NCBI GenBank assembly: GCA_030064765.1
Contig: JASJEG010000002.1
Coordinates: forward strand, 1-57,016
Source of the DNA: Acidimicrobiia bacterium
GTDB lineage: Bacteria > Actinomycetota > Acidimicrobiia > Spongiisociales > UBA5794
Direction: 5' to 3'
DNA length: 57,016 bases
Positions 49,469-57,016 of the stretch are shown here, in pieces. The notes below the pieces were generated by a model. That model did no database searches. It had not been told where the DNA came from and saw nothing but the letters and a program-made list of their open reading frames with translations. Made by a program: the position numbers and the translations under genes. Every line of letters starts with the position of its first letter. The stretch's first letter is position 1.

Positions 49469-49497
49469 AGAAGGGGCGCCGCTAGGGCGCCCCTTCT
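49469..49497. terminator. Bidirectional hairpin between convergent genes
   Basis: agaaggggcgcc (49469-80) pairs with ggcgccccttct (49486-97): a perfect 12-bp stem with a 5-nt loop, between the HIT (+) and opu SBP (-) stops. Confidence 0.6.
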
Positions 49498-49514
49498 GCA
49501 GTCCTCGGTTCGTT

Positions 49515-50411
49515 CTACAGGTTGTCGGAAATCCAGTCGGCCGCGACCTGTTCTGGGTCCTCCCCGTCGATACCGATCAGCTTGTTCATCTCGCTGAGCT
49601 CTTCGGTAGTCAACTCGGCGCTGACCTCGTTGAGGATATCGGCGAGAGCGTCCCCGTACTCATCGAGCATCTCCTGGCGGATGACGGGAGTCAGGTTCTC
49701 AGCGGGCTGCAATCCCTGGTCATCCTCGAGCAGCACAAACCCCTTCGCTGCGATGACACCGTCCGAAGTGAACAACAGTGCCACCTGGATCTCATCACCC
49801 TCGAGCGCCGCCACCGTCAGCGCGCCACCAACGTCAAGTGGCTTGAACTCGGCGAAGCTGAGTCCGTAGACGTCCTGCAGGCCGATTAGGCAGAATGGCC
49901 GCTCCGGGCACTCCGGGGGTCCACCGAACACGAGATCTGTGTAGGCCGCAAGGTCGCTCACCTTGCTCAACCCAAGCTCGTCCGCCGTGTCCTGACGAAC
50001 CACTATGCCGTTCTTGTCCTGAGCCGGCGCCGGATCCAGTACTGCAATGCCTTTGGCGGCAAACGCATTCCTGAGATCCTCTGCGGTTGCTGCGGAATCT
50101 GCAGTAGGCGTGCCGCCTTGGTTCGACAGCGCCGAGCCGACATACTCGGGCAGCAGATCCAGGTCGCCACTCTCGAGCGCAGCGGTGTACACCTCTCGGT
50201 TGCCGATGTTCAGATTGCGTTCAACCGGATATCCATCGTCTTCCAAGACCTGCGCGTAAATCTCAGCCACGAGGGCGTTTTCGCTGAAGTTGGCCGACCC
50301 GATTGTGATGGTCGGGCCTTCCTTTGCGTCCTCACCCGATCCACACGCGGCGGCCACGAGGGCCAGTGCTATGAAGATCGCCCCAAGGACGCGGTTGCGG
50401 TTGTTCCGCAT
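49515..50411 (-). CDS. Osmoprotectant (glycine betaine/choline-type) ABC transporter substrate-binding lipoprotein
   Basis: Lipobox ALALVAAACGSG. The OpuBC/OpuCC-like pattern is present (ITIGSANFSENALVAEIYAQVLED, LLPEY). It is the last gene of a 4-gene ABC operon. Confidence 0.8.
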   Translation of the reverse strand: MRNNRNRVLGAIFIALALVAAACGSGEDAKEGPTITIGSANFSENALVAEIYAQVLEDDGYPVERNLNIGNREVYTAALESGDLDLLPEYVGSALSNQGGTPTADSAATAEDLRNAFAAKGIAVLDPAPAQDKNGIVVRQDTADELGLSKVSDLAAYTDLVFGGPPECPERPFCLIGLQDVYGLSFAEFKPLDVGGALTVAALEGDEIQVALLFTSDGVIAAKGFVLLEDDQGLQPAENLTPVIRQEMLDEYGDALADILNEVSAELTTEELSEMNKLIGIDGEDPEQVAADWISDNL

Positions 50412-50480
50412 GGGTCACCTTCTCCTTCGATTGGGGAATGACAGAAACCTAACCGATCTCGACGATGGCGGCGACGTCGC

Positions 50481-51188
50481 TCAGGCGTGCGCTCCGGTAA
50501 CGACATCCTCGGTTGTCGTGAGCCCCTGCGGCACCACGCGCTTCTCGACGGCGCCGAGCACGATCTCGGTCCCGATGGAGAGCAGCGCCACCAGGATCCC
50601 CCCGGCAAGGACCCGCACGTTGTCCTGGACCGCAAACCCATCAACGATGTAGCGACCCAGACCACCCCACGCCACCAAGGCGGCTAGAGGCGCAGTCGCC
50701 ACCACCTGCACTGCGGAAACTCGAAGGGCAGCGAGAATCACGGGCGACGCCATGGGGGCCTCGATCTTGCGAAGGACCTCGCCGTCGGTCATCCCCATTC
50801 CGCGGCCCGCTTCGACAAGAGCGGGGTCGACATCTCGGACCCCTGTGTAGGTATTGGTGAAGATCGGCGGCAGCGCCAAAGCGAACAGCGCCAGCAACGT
50901 CGGCCAGAAGCCAAGGCCCAAGCCGAGGCGGATCGAGATCGGCAGGAAGAGCGCCATGATGGCAAACGACGGTATGGCTCGCCCGATGTTGATCGCAGCG
51001 ACCGCGGCGAATCCGCCACGTCGACGGTGACCGAGCCACAGCGCCGGGGGAAGCGCGATGGCGGCGGCGGCCACGGTGGCCACCACCGAGATCTGGATGT
51101 GCTCCCAGACGCGGCTCGGGATCCCGGCAGGACCAGTCCAGTTTTCCGGATCGAGAAACCAAGCGACGAGATCGCCGAGGAACTCCAT
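50481..51188 (-). CDS. Osmoprotectant ABC transporter permease
   Basis: Start at MEFLGDL (51188). BPD-type permease with an EAA-like loop (VEAGRGMGMTDGEVLRKIEAP). Confidence 0.8.
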   Translation of the reverse strand: MEFLGDLVAWFLDPENWTGPAGIPSRVWEHIQISVVATVAAAAIALPPALWLGHRRRGGFAAVAAINIGRAIPSFAIMALFLPISIRLGLGLGFWPTLLALFALALPPIFTNTYTGVRDVDPALVEAGRGMGMTDGEVLRKIEAPMASPVILAALRVSAVQVVATAPLAALVAWGGLGRYIVDGFAVQDNVRVLAGGILVALLSIGTEIVLGAVEKRVVPQGLTTTEDVVTGAHA

Positions 51189-51279
51189 CAATGCTCCGTC
51201 TCGTGTCGCTGGCGATGTACAGGGCGAAGCGCGGCGGTCCTGCTCGGCCTGGGCGCGGTATGTGATGCGAGTCGGAGCA

Positions 51280-51981
51280 TCAGGCGGTGACCCTCCGGCG
51301 AGCCCAAGGAGTGAGCAGCTTCTCCAGGCCGAGCAAACCGATGTCGGCAACCACCGCAAGCGCAACCGAAAGCACGGTTCCGGCAAGGATCTGCGTCGTG
51401 CCGATCGCCGAGAAGAACTGCAGCCCACGCAATATGAAGAAGCCGAGGCCGCCCTGGCCTATCAAGGCAGTTATGGTCACCAATCCAATCGTTGTCACCG
51501 TGGCGATCCGGATTCCGGCAATGATTACCGGGAGAGCCAGCGGCAGCTGGATGTCGAGGAACATCCGCCGCGGGGTGTAACCCATGCCCCGGGCCGCCTC
51601 GAGAATATGCGCCGGCACGCCGTCGATTCCGGCAACGATGTTGCGAATCAGGATCAGCAGGGTGTACGAGACGAGCCCGATCTGGGCGGTCAGCATGGTC
51701 AGCCCGGTGATCGGGACGAGAAAAGCGAAGAGGGCCAGGCTGGGGATCGTGTAGAGGATGCCGGTGACCCAGGTGATCGGCGTGTACGTCTTCCGCCAGC
51801 GCAAGGCAATGATCGATAGGCCGAGGCTGACAACCAGGCCGACCCCTACTGCGATCACCGTAAGCACGATGTGCTCCTGAGTCGCCGCCCACAGGTCGTC
51901 GAGATTGCGACCGATCCAGTCCCACCTGATGAACGGCTCGTCGGCCTGGGCGATCGTGAAGGCGCTCGTTCCGGTGGTCAC
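51280..51981 (-). CDS. Osmoprotectant ABC transporter permease
   Basis: EAA loop LEAARGMGYTPRRMFLDIQLPLA. A 4-nt overlap links it to the ATPase gene. Confidence 0.85.
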   Translation of the reverse strand: MTTGTSAFTIAQADEPFIRWDWIGRNLDDLWAATQEHIVLTVIAVGVGLVVSLGLSIIALRWRKTYTPITWVTGILYTIPSLALFAFLVPITGLTMLTAQIGLVSYTLLILIRNIVAGIDGVPAHILEAARGMGYTPRRMFLDIQLPLALPVIIAGIRIATVTTIGLVTITALIGQGGLGFFILRGLQFFSAIGTTQILAGTVLSVALAVVADIGLLGLEKLLTPWARRRVTA

Positions 51982-53069
51982 TGCACGATCTCCCGGCTGA
52001 TCTCATCGACCGTCGCCATGCCCAAGTAGCGGTCACCGTCGAAGACGGCAGCCGCCGCAGTGTGCGACGTAATGACGGCATCTAAGGCTTCGCGCAGGCT
52101 GTCCTCGGGCTTGAGCTTGATCTGGAAACTGCGGGCTTTGACGTCGCGTAGCGTCTTGTGGCCCTCCAGATCATCTGCCGTGAACCAGCCTTCGACGTCC
52201 GCCCCATCACCGATGGCCGCCCAGCCGATGTCGTAGCGCGCCATGACGGATAGTGCTTCTTCCCGGGTTGCGCGGCGTGAAAGCACCGGACCCGGGTCGA
52301 GCTTGATCTCTGAGATGGGGATGAGCGAGAGGCGCTTGATCCCGCGATCCGATCCGAGGAAGTCGGCGACGAACTCGTTCGCCGGGTTGCGCAGTATCTC
52401 GCCGGGTGAGTCGTACTGCTCGAGATGGCCGCCCTCGGACAGGATGGCGACCCGGTCGCCGAGCTTGATTGCTTCATCGATGTCGTGGGTCACTAGCACG
52501 ATCGTCTTCTTCAGCCGGGATTGCAGTTCGAGTAGCTCGTCCTGCAGGTTGGCTCGGACGATTGGGTCGACTGCGCCAAAGGGTTCATCCATGAGCAGAA
52601 CGGGGGGGTCGGCCGCCAGCGCCCTAGCGACACCGACCCGTTGCCGCTGCCCGCCCGAGAGCTCTCCCGGGTAGCGGTCGAGAAATTCGGGCGATAGCTC
52701 GACTAGTTGAGCCAGCTCCGCCACCCGCTCGTCCGTTCGTACCTTGTCCCACCCCAGAAGACTTGGAACCGTGGCGATGTTCTCTGCGATCGTCTTGTGT
52801 GGGAAGAGCCCGATCTGCTGGATCACGTATCCAATGCCGCGTCGCAGCTCGTGCGCCTGCATGCTGAGGATGTCCTGTCCGGCGACTGTGATCGAGCCGG
52901 AGGTGGGCTCAATGAGCCGGTTGATCATCTTCAGCGTTGTTGTCTTGCCACATCCCGAAGGTCCTACCAGAACGACAACTTCGCCCTCACCAATGCTGAG
53001 TGAGAGTTTGTCGACCGCAGGCTTGCTGGTTCCGGGGAAGGTCTTGGTGACCTCGGTGAGGCGGATCAT
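51978..53069 (-). CDS. Osmoprotectant ABC transporter ATP-binding protein with C-terminal tandem CBS domains
   Basis: Start at MIRLTEV (53069). Walker A GPSGCGKTT, signature LSGGQRQRVGVARAL and Walker B LLMDEPFGAVD are present. The CBS-like C-terminus is typical of OpuAA/OpuCA. Confidence 0.85.
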   Translation of the reverse strand: MIRLTEVTKTFPGTSKPAVDKLSLSIGEGEVVVLVGPSGCGKTTTLKMINRLIEPTSGSITVAGQDILSMQAHELRRGIGYVIQQIGLFPHKTIAENIATVPSLLGWDKVRTDERVAELAQLVELSPEFLDRYPGELSGGQRQRVGVARALAADPPVLLMDEPFGAVDPIVRANLQDELLELQSRLKKTIVLVTHDIDEAIKLGDRVAILSEGGHLEQYDSPGEILRNPANEFVADFLGSDRGIKRLSLIPISEIKLDPGPVLSRRATREEALSVMARYDIGWAAIGDGADVEGWFTADDLEGHKTLRDVKARSFQIKLKPEDSLREALDAVITSHTAAAAVFDGDRYLGMATVDEISREIVQ

Positions 53070-53155
53070 TCGGGTGGAGAATAGGGGACGAAGCCCTTGC
53101 GCATCACGACGGGGGAACACCCGGAGGTAGAAGCGTATTGCGCTAACTTCAGTTT

Positions 53156-54487
53156 GTGACGTCTCCAACTCCGCAACCGCAAGCAGAACCGGGCAAGTTG
53201 CGAGTCGTGACGGAGGCGGTGGTGACCCGGCTCCATGCCATGTTCACCTCCCGGGGTGCCGGCTTCCGTCGACTTGCGCAAGCACATGCCGGCAGCGTCG
53301 GCGGCGACACTTTGGTGGCGATGGCGCTTGCGGGAACGCTGTTCTTCTCGGTTCCATCAACCGAGGCCAGGGAGAACGTCGCCCTCTATCTACTGATCAC
53401 GCTTGCGCCCTTTGCCCTCATCGGTCCGTTCCTGGGCAGTTTCTTTGCACGGTTCCCCGGAGCATTTCGCGGTGGGCTGGTGGCAAGCGCGGCGATTCGA
53501 GCCGCCCTGGCCGTCGTCATGGCGATCTGGCTCGACTCGTTCTTGTTGTTCCCACTGGCTTTCGGGCTGCTGGTGCTGTCGCGATTTCACGGAATCAGCC
53601 GGTCGAGCGTGGTGCCGCTGGTTCTCGATGACCCGCGGGATCTGATCTCGGGCAATGCGCAGCTAGCCCGGATCGGGGTGCTGGCAAGCGGGGCGGTCAT
53701 TCCATTCGGGCTGCTCGGAGTTGGGTTTGATAACCCATCGGTCACGCTGATCATGGCGACGCTGGTGTACACGTGGTCCGCGCTTTCGGCGGTCGGCCTT
53801 CCAGTGCTGCGGATCCAGCACGACAAGGGACGTGAGGCGCGAATGCGTCGGAGGCGAGCCGTCGCCCCGCGGGATGTCCGCCTGGCGCGGTTTGCCACGG
53901 CCGGGGTGCGTTTCCTCAACGGCTTCCTCCTCCTTCTGGTGGCCTTTGCCTTCCGGGACGAGGACGCCGGCCTCCTAGACTTCTCAGCTCTGCTCGCCGC
54001 GGCCGGCCTCGGCTACTTCATCGCAGCCTTCATCACGCCGATCCTCGATCGCAAGATCTCCGAGGAGCCCATGGTGGTCACCGGGCTGGCCATCGAAGCC
54101 GGAGCGGCCTTCATCGCGGCACAGGTCTTCGGCCTTCCGGCGGCGGCCGCCTTAGCTGCGGCGGCCGGCTTCGCCTGGGGAACCGCCAAGTTCGGATTCG
54201 ACGGTCTGCTGCAGGCAACTGTTCCCGAGGAAGCGAGAGGCCGGGCCTTCACCAACGCGGAAACGTTCTTTCAGTTCGCCTGGGTGGTCGGAGCGTTGCT
54301 GCCGGTGTTTCTCACCATACCGACGGGATTTGGGCTGACTCTTGCCGGCTTGACCGCCCTGGCCGTTCAGGTGATCTACATCTCGGCCGTACTGATACCG
54401 GTTGCCCGCCGGCGCCGCATCGCGGCGGATCAGGCTGCAGCGAGAGATCGCAAACCCCCCGACAAGAACGTGCTCGACCTCATGTAA
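53156..54487 (+). CDS. Polytopic membrane protein (MFS-like)
   Basis: 443 aa with about 10-12 hydrophobic segments and a GTG start. The family call is tentative. Confidence 0.6.
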   Translation: MTSPTPQPQAEPGKLRVVTEAVVTRLHAMFTSRGAGFRRLAQAHAGSVGGDTLVAMALAGTLFFSVPSTEARENVALYLLITLAPFALIGPFLGSFFARFPGAFRGGLVASAAIRAALAVVMAIWLDSFLLFPLAFGLLVLSRFHGISRSSVVPLVLDDPRDLISGNAQLARIGVLASGAVIPFGLLGVGFDNPSVTLIMATLVYTWSALSAVGLPVLRIQHDKGREARMRRRRAVAPRDVRLARFATAGVRFLNGFLLLLVAFAFRDEDAGLLDFSALLAAAGLGYFIAAFITPILDRKISEEPMVVTGLAIEAGAAFIAAQVFGLPAAAALAAAAGFAWGTAKFGFDGLLQATVPEEARGRAFTNAETFFQFAWVVGALLPVFLTIPTGFGLTLAGLTALAVQVIYISAVLIPVARRRRIAADQAAARDRKPPDKNVLDLM

Positions 54488-54618
54488 TGCTGGTCGGGCA
54501 CGTGTCAGTTTTTGTAGGAAACTGCCAACGGATTCGGCGGTAGCCGAATCCGCAAGAACGTGCTCGACCTCATGTGAGTCGCAATGAAGCGAGGCGGATT
54601 CGGCTTGGCCGAATCCGC
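54463..54618 (+). repeat. Imperfect tandem duplication of the gene 3' end plus terminator hairpin
   Basis: A perfect 23-bp direct repeat caagaacgtgctcgacctcatgt occurs at 54463-85 and 54553-75. Each copy is followed by a hairpin: cggattcggcGGTAgccgaatccg (54530-52) and gcggattcggcTTGGccgaatccgc (54594-618). Confidence 0.8.
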
Positions 54619-54620
54619 GT

Positions 54621-55931
54621 CTACTCGATGAACTCGGCGAAGCGGTGCAGCTCAGTGCTCGGCACGCTCGCAGTGATCGCCGTCCCGGAATCTGTGTGCT
54701 CGGTCGAGGCAACCCTTCCGATGTCGTGCACGAGAGCTACCAGGTCGCCCCGTTCGTAGGGGACGATCATCTTGATCTCGTCGGCCGTTTCCGCCAGACG
54801 GCCGGTAATGGCGATGCTCAGCTGGTCGATCCCAGAGCCGGTGACTGCCGATGCGGGCACTGCCTCAGGGTGGAGCTGGTTGAGGCGGCGGATCGCCACC
54901 GGGTCGGCAACATCCGTCTTGTTGATGACGAGCTGTTCGGGGATCTCGTCGGCCCCGATCTCTCGCAGCACGGTGTGGACCGCCTCGATCTGGCGGTCCG
55001 GGTTGGGGTCCGACCCATCAACGATGTGAAGCAGGAGGTCAGCCTGATTCACCTCCTCGAGAGTGGACCGGAAGGCCTCGACCAGCTGGTGGGGGAGGTT
55101 GCGGACAAAGCCCACAGTGTCCGATATCAGGATCGGCGAACCGCTCGGGAGGTCGACACGCCGGATCGTCGAGTCGAGAGTCGCAAAGAGCCGGTCCTCA
55201 ACCAGCACTCCCGCGTCGGTCAGCAGATTGAACATCGTCGACTTGCCGGCATTGGTGTAACCCACGAGCGAAACCATCGGCAGCCGTGATTTCCGGCGCG
55301 CCTTTGTCCTCGTGTCGTGGGATCTGGCGATGTGCTTGAGCTCGCGTTCCAGCTTGGAGATGCGGTCGAGGATGCGGCGCCGGTCGGTCTCCAACTGCGT
55401 TTCGCCGGGACCCCTGGTGCCAATGCCACCGCCGAGGCGGCTCATCTCGACGCCTCGACCGCGCAGACGGGGGAGCCGGTAGCGCAACTGAGCCAGCTCC
55501 ACCTGCAGCATGCCCTCCTTGCTGGTCGCATGCTGCGCAAAGATGTCGAGGATCAGTGCTACTCGATCGACGACATCGCACTGGAACATCTTGGCTAGGT
55601 TGCGCTGCTGGGCCGGCGACAGTTCGTTATCGAAGATGACGACGTCGATATCCAGTGCCTTGGTCATCGACACCAGTTCCTCGACCTTCCCTTTGCCGAT
55701 CAGCGTCGCCGGGTCGAAACGGTCGCGCCTTACCAGCTCAGCCTCGACCGGGTCGGAACCGGCCGTGTCGGTGAGAAGACTGAGTTCGTCCAGGCTGACT
55801 TGCGTCTCAGGGAGCGCCGACTTCGACGTGGCGACCGCAACCAGGAAAGCCCGCTGCTCGACTACCTCGAGATCGGTGACGGTTGCGGTGAGCCTGGTGC
55901 GACTTCTGCCTGTGCGGGGTTGTTCAGCCAT
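54621..55931 (-). CDS. hflX: GTPase HflX
   Basis: Start at MAEQPRT (55931, computed from the ORF frame). The HflX N-terminal domain (QRAFLVAV...FDNELSPAQQRNL) and G domain (GYTNAGKSTMFN, DTVGF, NKTD) are present. Confidence 0.9.
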   Translation of the reverse strand: MAEQPRTGRSRTRLTATVTDLEVVEQRAFLVAVATSKSALPETQVSLDELSLLTDTAGSDPVEAELVRRDRFDPATLIGKGKVEELVSMTKALDIDVVIFDNELSPAQQRNLAKMFQCDVVDRVALILDIFAQHATSKEGMLQVELAQLRYRLPRLRGRGVEMSRLGGGIGTRGPGETQLETDRRRILDRISKLERELKHIARSHDTRTKARRKSRLPMVSLVGYTNAGKSTMFNLLTDAGVLVEDRLFATLDSTIRRVDLPSGSPILISDTVGFVRNLPHQLVEAFRSTLEEVNQADLLLHIVDGSDPNPDRQIEAVHTVLREIGADEIPEQLVINKTDVADPVAIRRLNQLHPEAVPASAVTGSGIDQLSIAITGRLAETADEIKMIVPYERGDLVALVHDIGRVASTEHTDSGTAITASVPSTELHRFAEFIE

Positions 55932-56013
55932 TCCAGCAATGAAAGCAGAAACTGCAGATCTGTCGACCGCACGCGGCCGAGGTTGGTAACTTGGGCTCCG
56001 ACTGGGAGGACGA

Positions 56014-56445
56014 ATGCAGAAGACGGTTGGGCAGCTGCTCGATGCCAAGGGCAGAGAAGTGTGGTCAATTGGGCCGGACGCCACGGTTTTCGAGGCGCTA
56101 GAGCTATTGGCGATAAAGAACGTGGGTGCAATCGTGGTCGTCGAAGACGGCCGCGTTTGTGGGATCGTCTCAGAGCGTGACTACGCCCGCAAGATCAGGC
56201 TCCTGGAGCGCGACTCGCGTGACACGGCGGTCAGCGACATCATGACATCTGAAGTACGGACGATCACTGAAGATCAGTCCGTGGTCGAGTGCATGGAATC
56301 GATGACCGAACACCACATCCGTCATCTGCCTGTGGTTGAGGGTGATCGGCTGGTCGGGATCATCACCATCGGCGATGTGGTCAAAGCGGTTATGGCCGAG
56401 CAAGCTTTCCTGATTCAGCAGCTCGAGCAGTACATCACCGGTTAG
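56014..56445 (+). CDS. CBS-domain pair protein
   Basis: 143 aa with two CBS repeats (GAIVVVEDGRVCGIVSERD and HIRHLPVVEGDRLVGIITIGD). Confidence 0.85.
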   Translation: MQKTVGQLLDAKGREVWSIGPDATVFEALELLAIKNVGAIVVVEDGRVCGIVSERDYARKIRLLERDSRDTAVSDIMTSEVRTITEDQSVVECMESMTEHHIRHLPVVEGDRLVGIITIGDVVKAVMAEQAFLIQQLEQYITG

Positions 56446-56454
56446 GAGACGGTT

Positions 56455-56766
56455 CTAGGCTCCGCGCTCAGCCATGATCGCCGCATCGTATGGCTCGATC
56501 ATGATGCACTCGCCGGGGCATTCCTCGGCAGCCTCAACCACGGTGTCGACCTGATCATCCGGAACCCGCGCCACACCACGTGCTCCGTCGGGGGCCTCGT
56601 TGCCGTCGAAGATGATGGTCTTTCCAAAGATGGAAGCTTCTTCTTTGACGACCCAGAGTCCGTCATCTCGACCAACGAAGACGTCAGGAGCGATCTCTTC
56701 GCAAATGCCGTCGCCGGTGCATAGGTCCTGGTCGATCCAGACCATGAGCGTGGTTTCTTCAGCCAT
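56455..56766 (-). CDS. Ferredoxin (single-cluster actinobacterial type)
   Basis: IDQDLCTGDGICEEIAPDVF...ECPGECI gives the CxxxGxC...CP cluster ligands. Confidence 0.8.
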   Translation of the reverse strand: MAEETTLMVWIDQDLCTGDGICEEIAPDVFVGRDDGLWVVKEEASIFGKTIIFDGNEAPDGARGVARVPDDQVDTVVEAAEECPGECIMIEPYDAAIMAERGA

Positions 56767-56859
56767 GGTTCCCCTTGGTTGCTCAATACCTGCCAGAGGT
56801 TACTAGTCGTTCTGGGTCTCAAAGACCACGCGGATGAGAAGCGCAGTACCCTGCCAGGC

Positions 56860-56951
56860 GGAGGCGTCAGGATGCCTGGTGGGTCCCGCGGTCTTCAAAA
56901 CCGTTGAGGCGGCGAAAGCTGCCTGGCGGGTTCGATTCCCGTCCGCCTCCG
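56860..56951 (+). tRNA. selC: tRNA-Sec (anticodon UCA)
   Basis: 92 nt. Acceptor GGAGGCG(U)/(C)CGCCUCC (7 bp plus U-C). 6-bp D-stem with one mismatch. Anticodon arm GCGGU-CUUCAAA-ACCGU. Long variable arm GGCGGC-GAAA-GCUGCC. T arm (G)CGGG-UUCGAUU-CCCG(U), discriminator G, no encoded CCA. The layout parallels E. coli selC. Confidence 0.8.
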
Positions 56952-56955
56952 CTGC

Positions 56956-56983
56956 GACCCGAGCCCATTCGTGGGCTCGGGTC
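56956..56983 (+). terminator. Hairpin terminator after tRNA-Sec
   Basis: gacccgagccc (56956-66) pairs with gggctcgggtc (56973-83): an 11-bp stem with a 6-nt loop, followed by ttgcttcg. Confidence 0.6.
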
Positions 56984-57016
56984 TTGCTTCGTGACGGGAA
57001 GCTTCTTGTTTGCCTG

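Noticed and set aside
54574-54759. 61-aa + strand ORF starting in the duplicated 3'-end segment
   Set aside because: It arises only because the duplicated ...CTCATGTGA creates an ATG. It runs antisense into the hflX 3' end and has no SD or motif.
56767-57016. Mobile element or integrase at selC
   Set aside because: Only about 60 nt follow the tRNA in the window. No integrase ORF or repeat of the tRNA 3' end is visible, so this cannot be evaluated here.

Overview
High-GC chromosomal segment with gene content typical of Actinomycetota: a deazaflavin/F420-type nitroreductase family protein, PIN-PhoH2, CtaA/CtaB, HflX and lipoproteins with an AACxS/AGCGG lipobox. I support about 50 protein genes, one tRNA (tRNA-Sec) and several repeat or regulatory elements. 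No transposase, integrase, CRISPR array or rRNA is visible. Gene order: flagellar filament module (fliC 3' end, fliD, fliS, a FliT-like ORF); small housekeeping genes; a MacB/FtsX-type ABC pair; a lone HEPN-motif ORF; an epimerase. The stand-out follows at 12.4-27.6 kb: three tandem, same-strand, ~4.9-kb paralogous genes. Each encodes one polypeptide with a SARP winged-helix/BTAD DNA-binding module, a Ser/Thr-kinase domain, a STAND P-loop NTPase, a single TM helix and an extracytoplasmic ABC-type solute-binding domain. Each paralog is preceded by 11-bp-phased TTAAGT/CTAAGT direct repeats, which I read as candidate SARP boxes. Paralogs 2 and 3 are followed by full copies of a ~55-bp palindromic repeat and paralog 1 by a decayed remnant; three further copies occur elsewhere in the window, always downstream of + strand genes. 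Downstream lie hypFCDE (no hypAB or hydrogenase structural genes in the window), a hybrid histidine kinase whose phospho-accepting His is replaced by Gln, and heme A/O synthases. Next come a large membrane-anchored BNR/Asp-box protein and a DAHP-synthase/chorismate-mutase fusion. That fusion is preceded by a Tyr/Phe-rich mini-ORF plus an intrinsic terminator, a candidate attenuator. The window ends with tag, gpsA, PhoH2, HIT, an Opu-type osmoprotectant ABC operon, hflX, a CBS protein, a ferredoxin and selC. All family assignments come from reading motifs in the translations; no database search was run.
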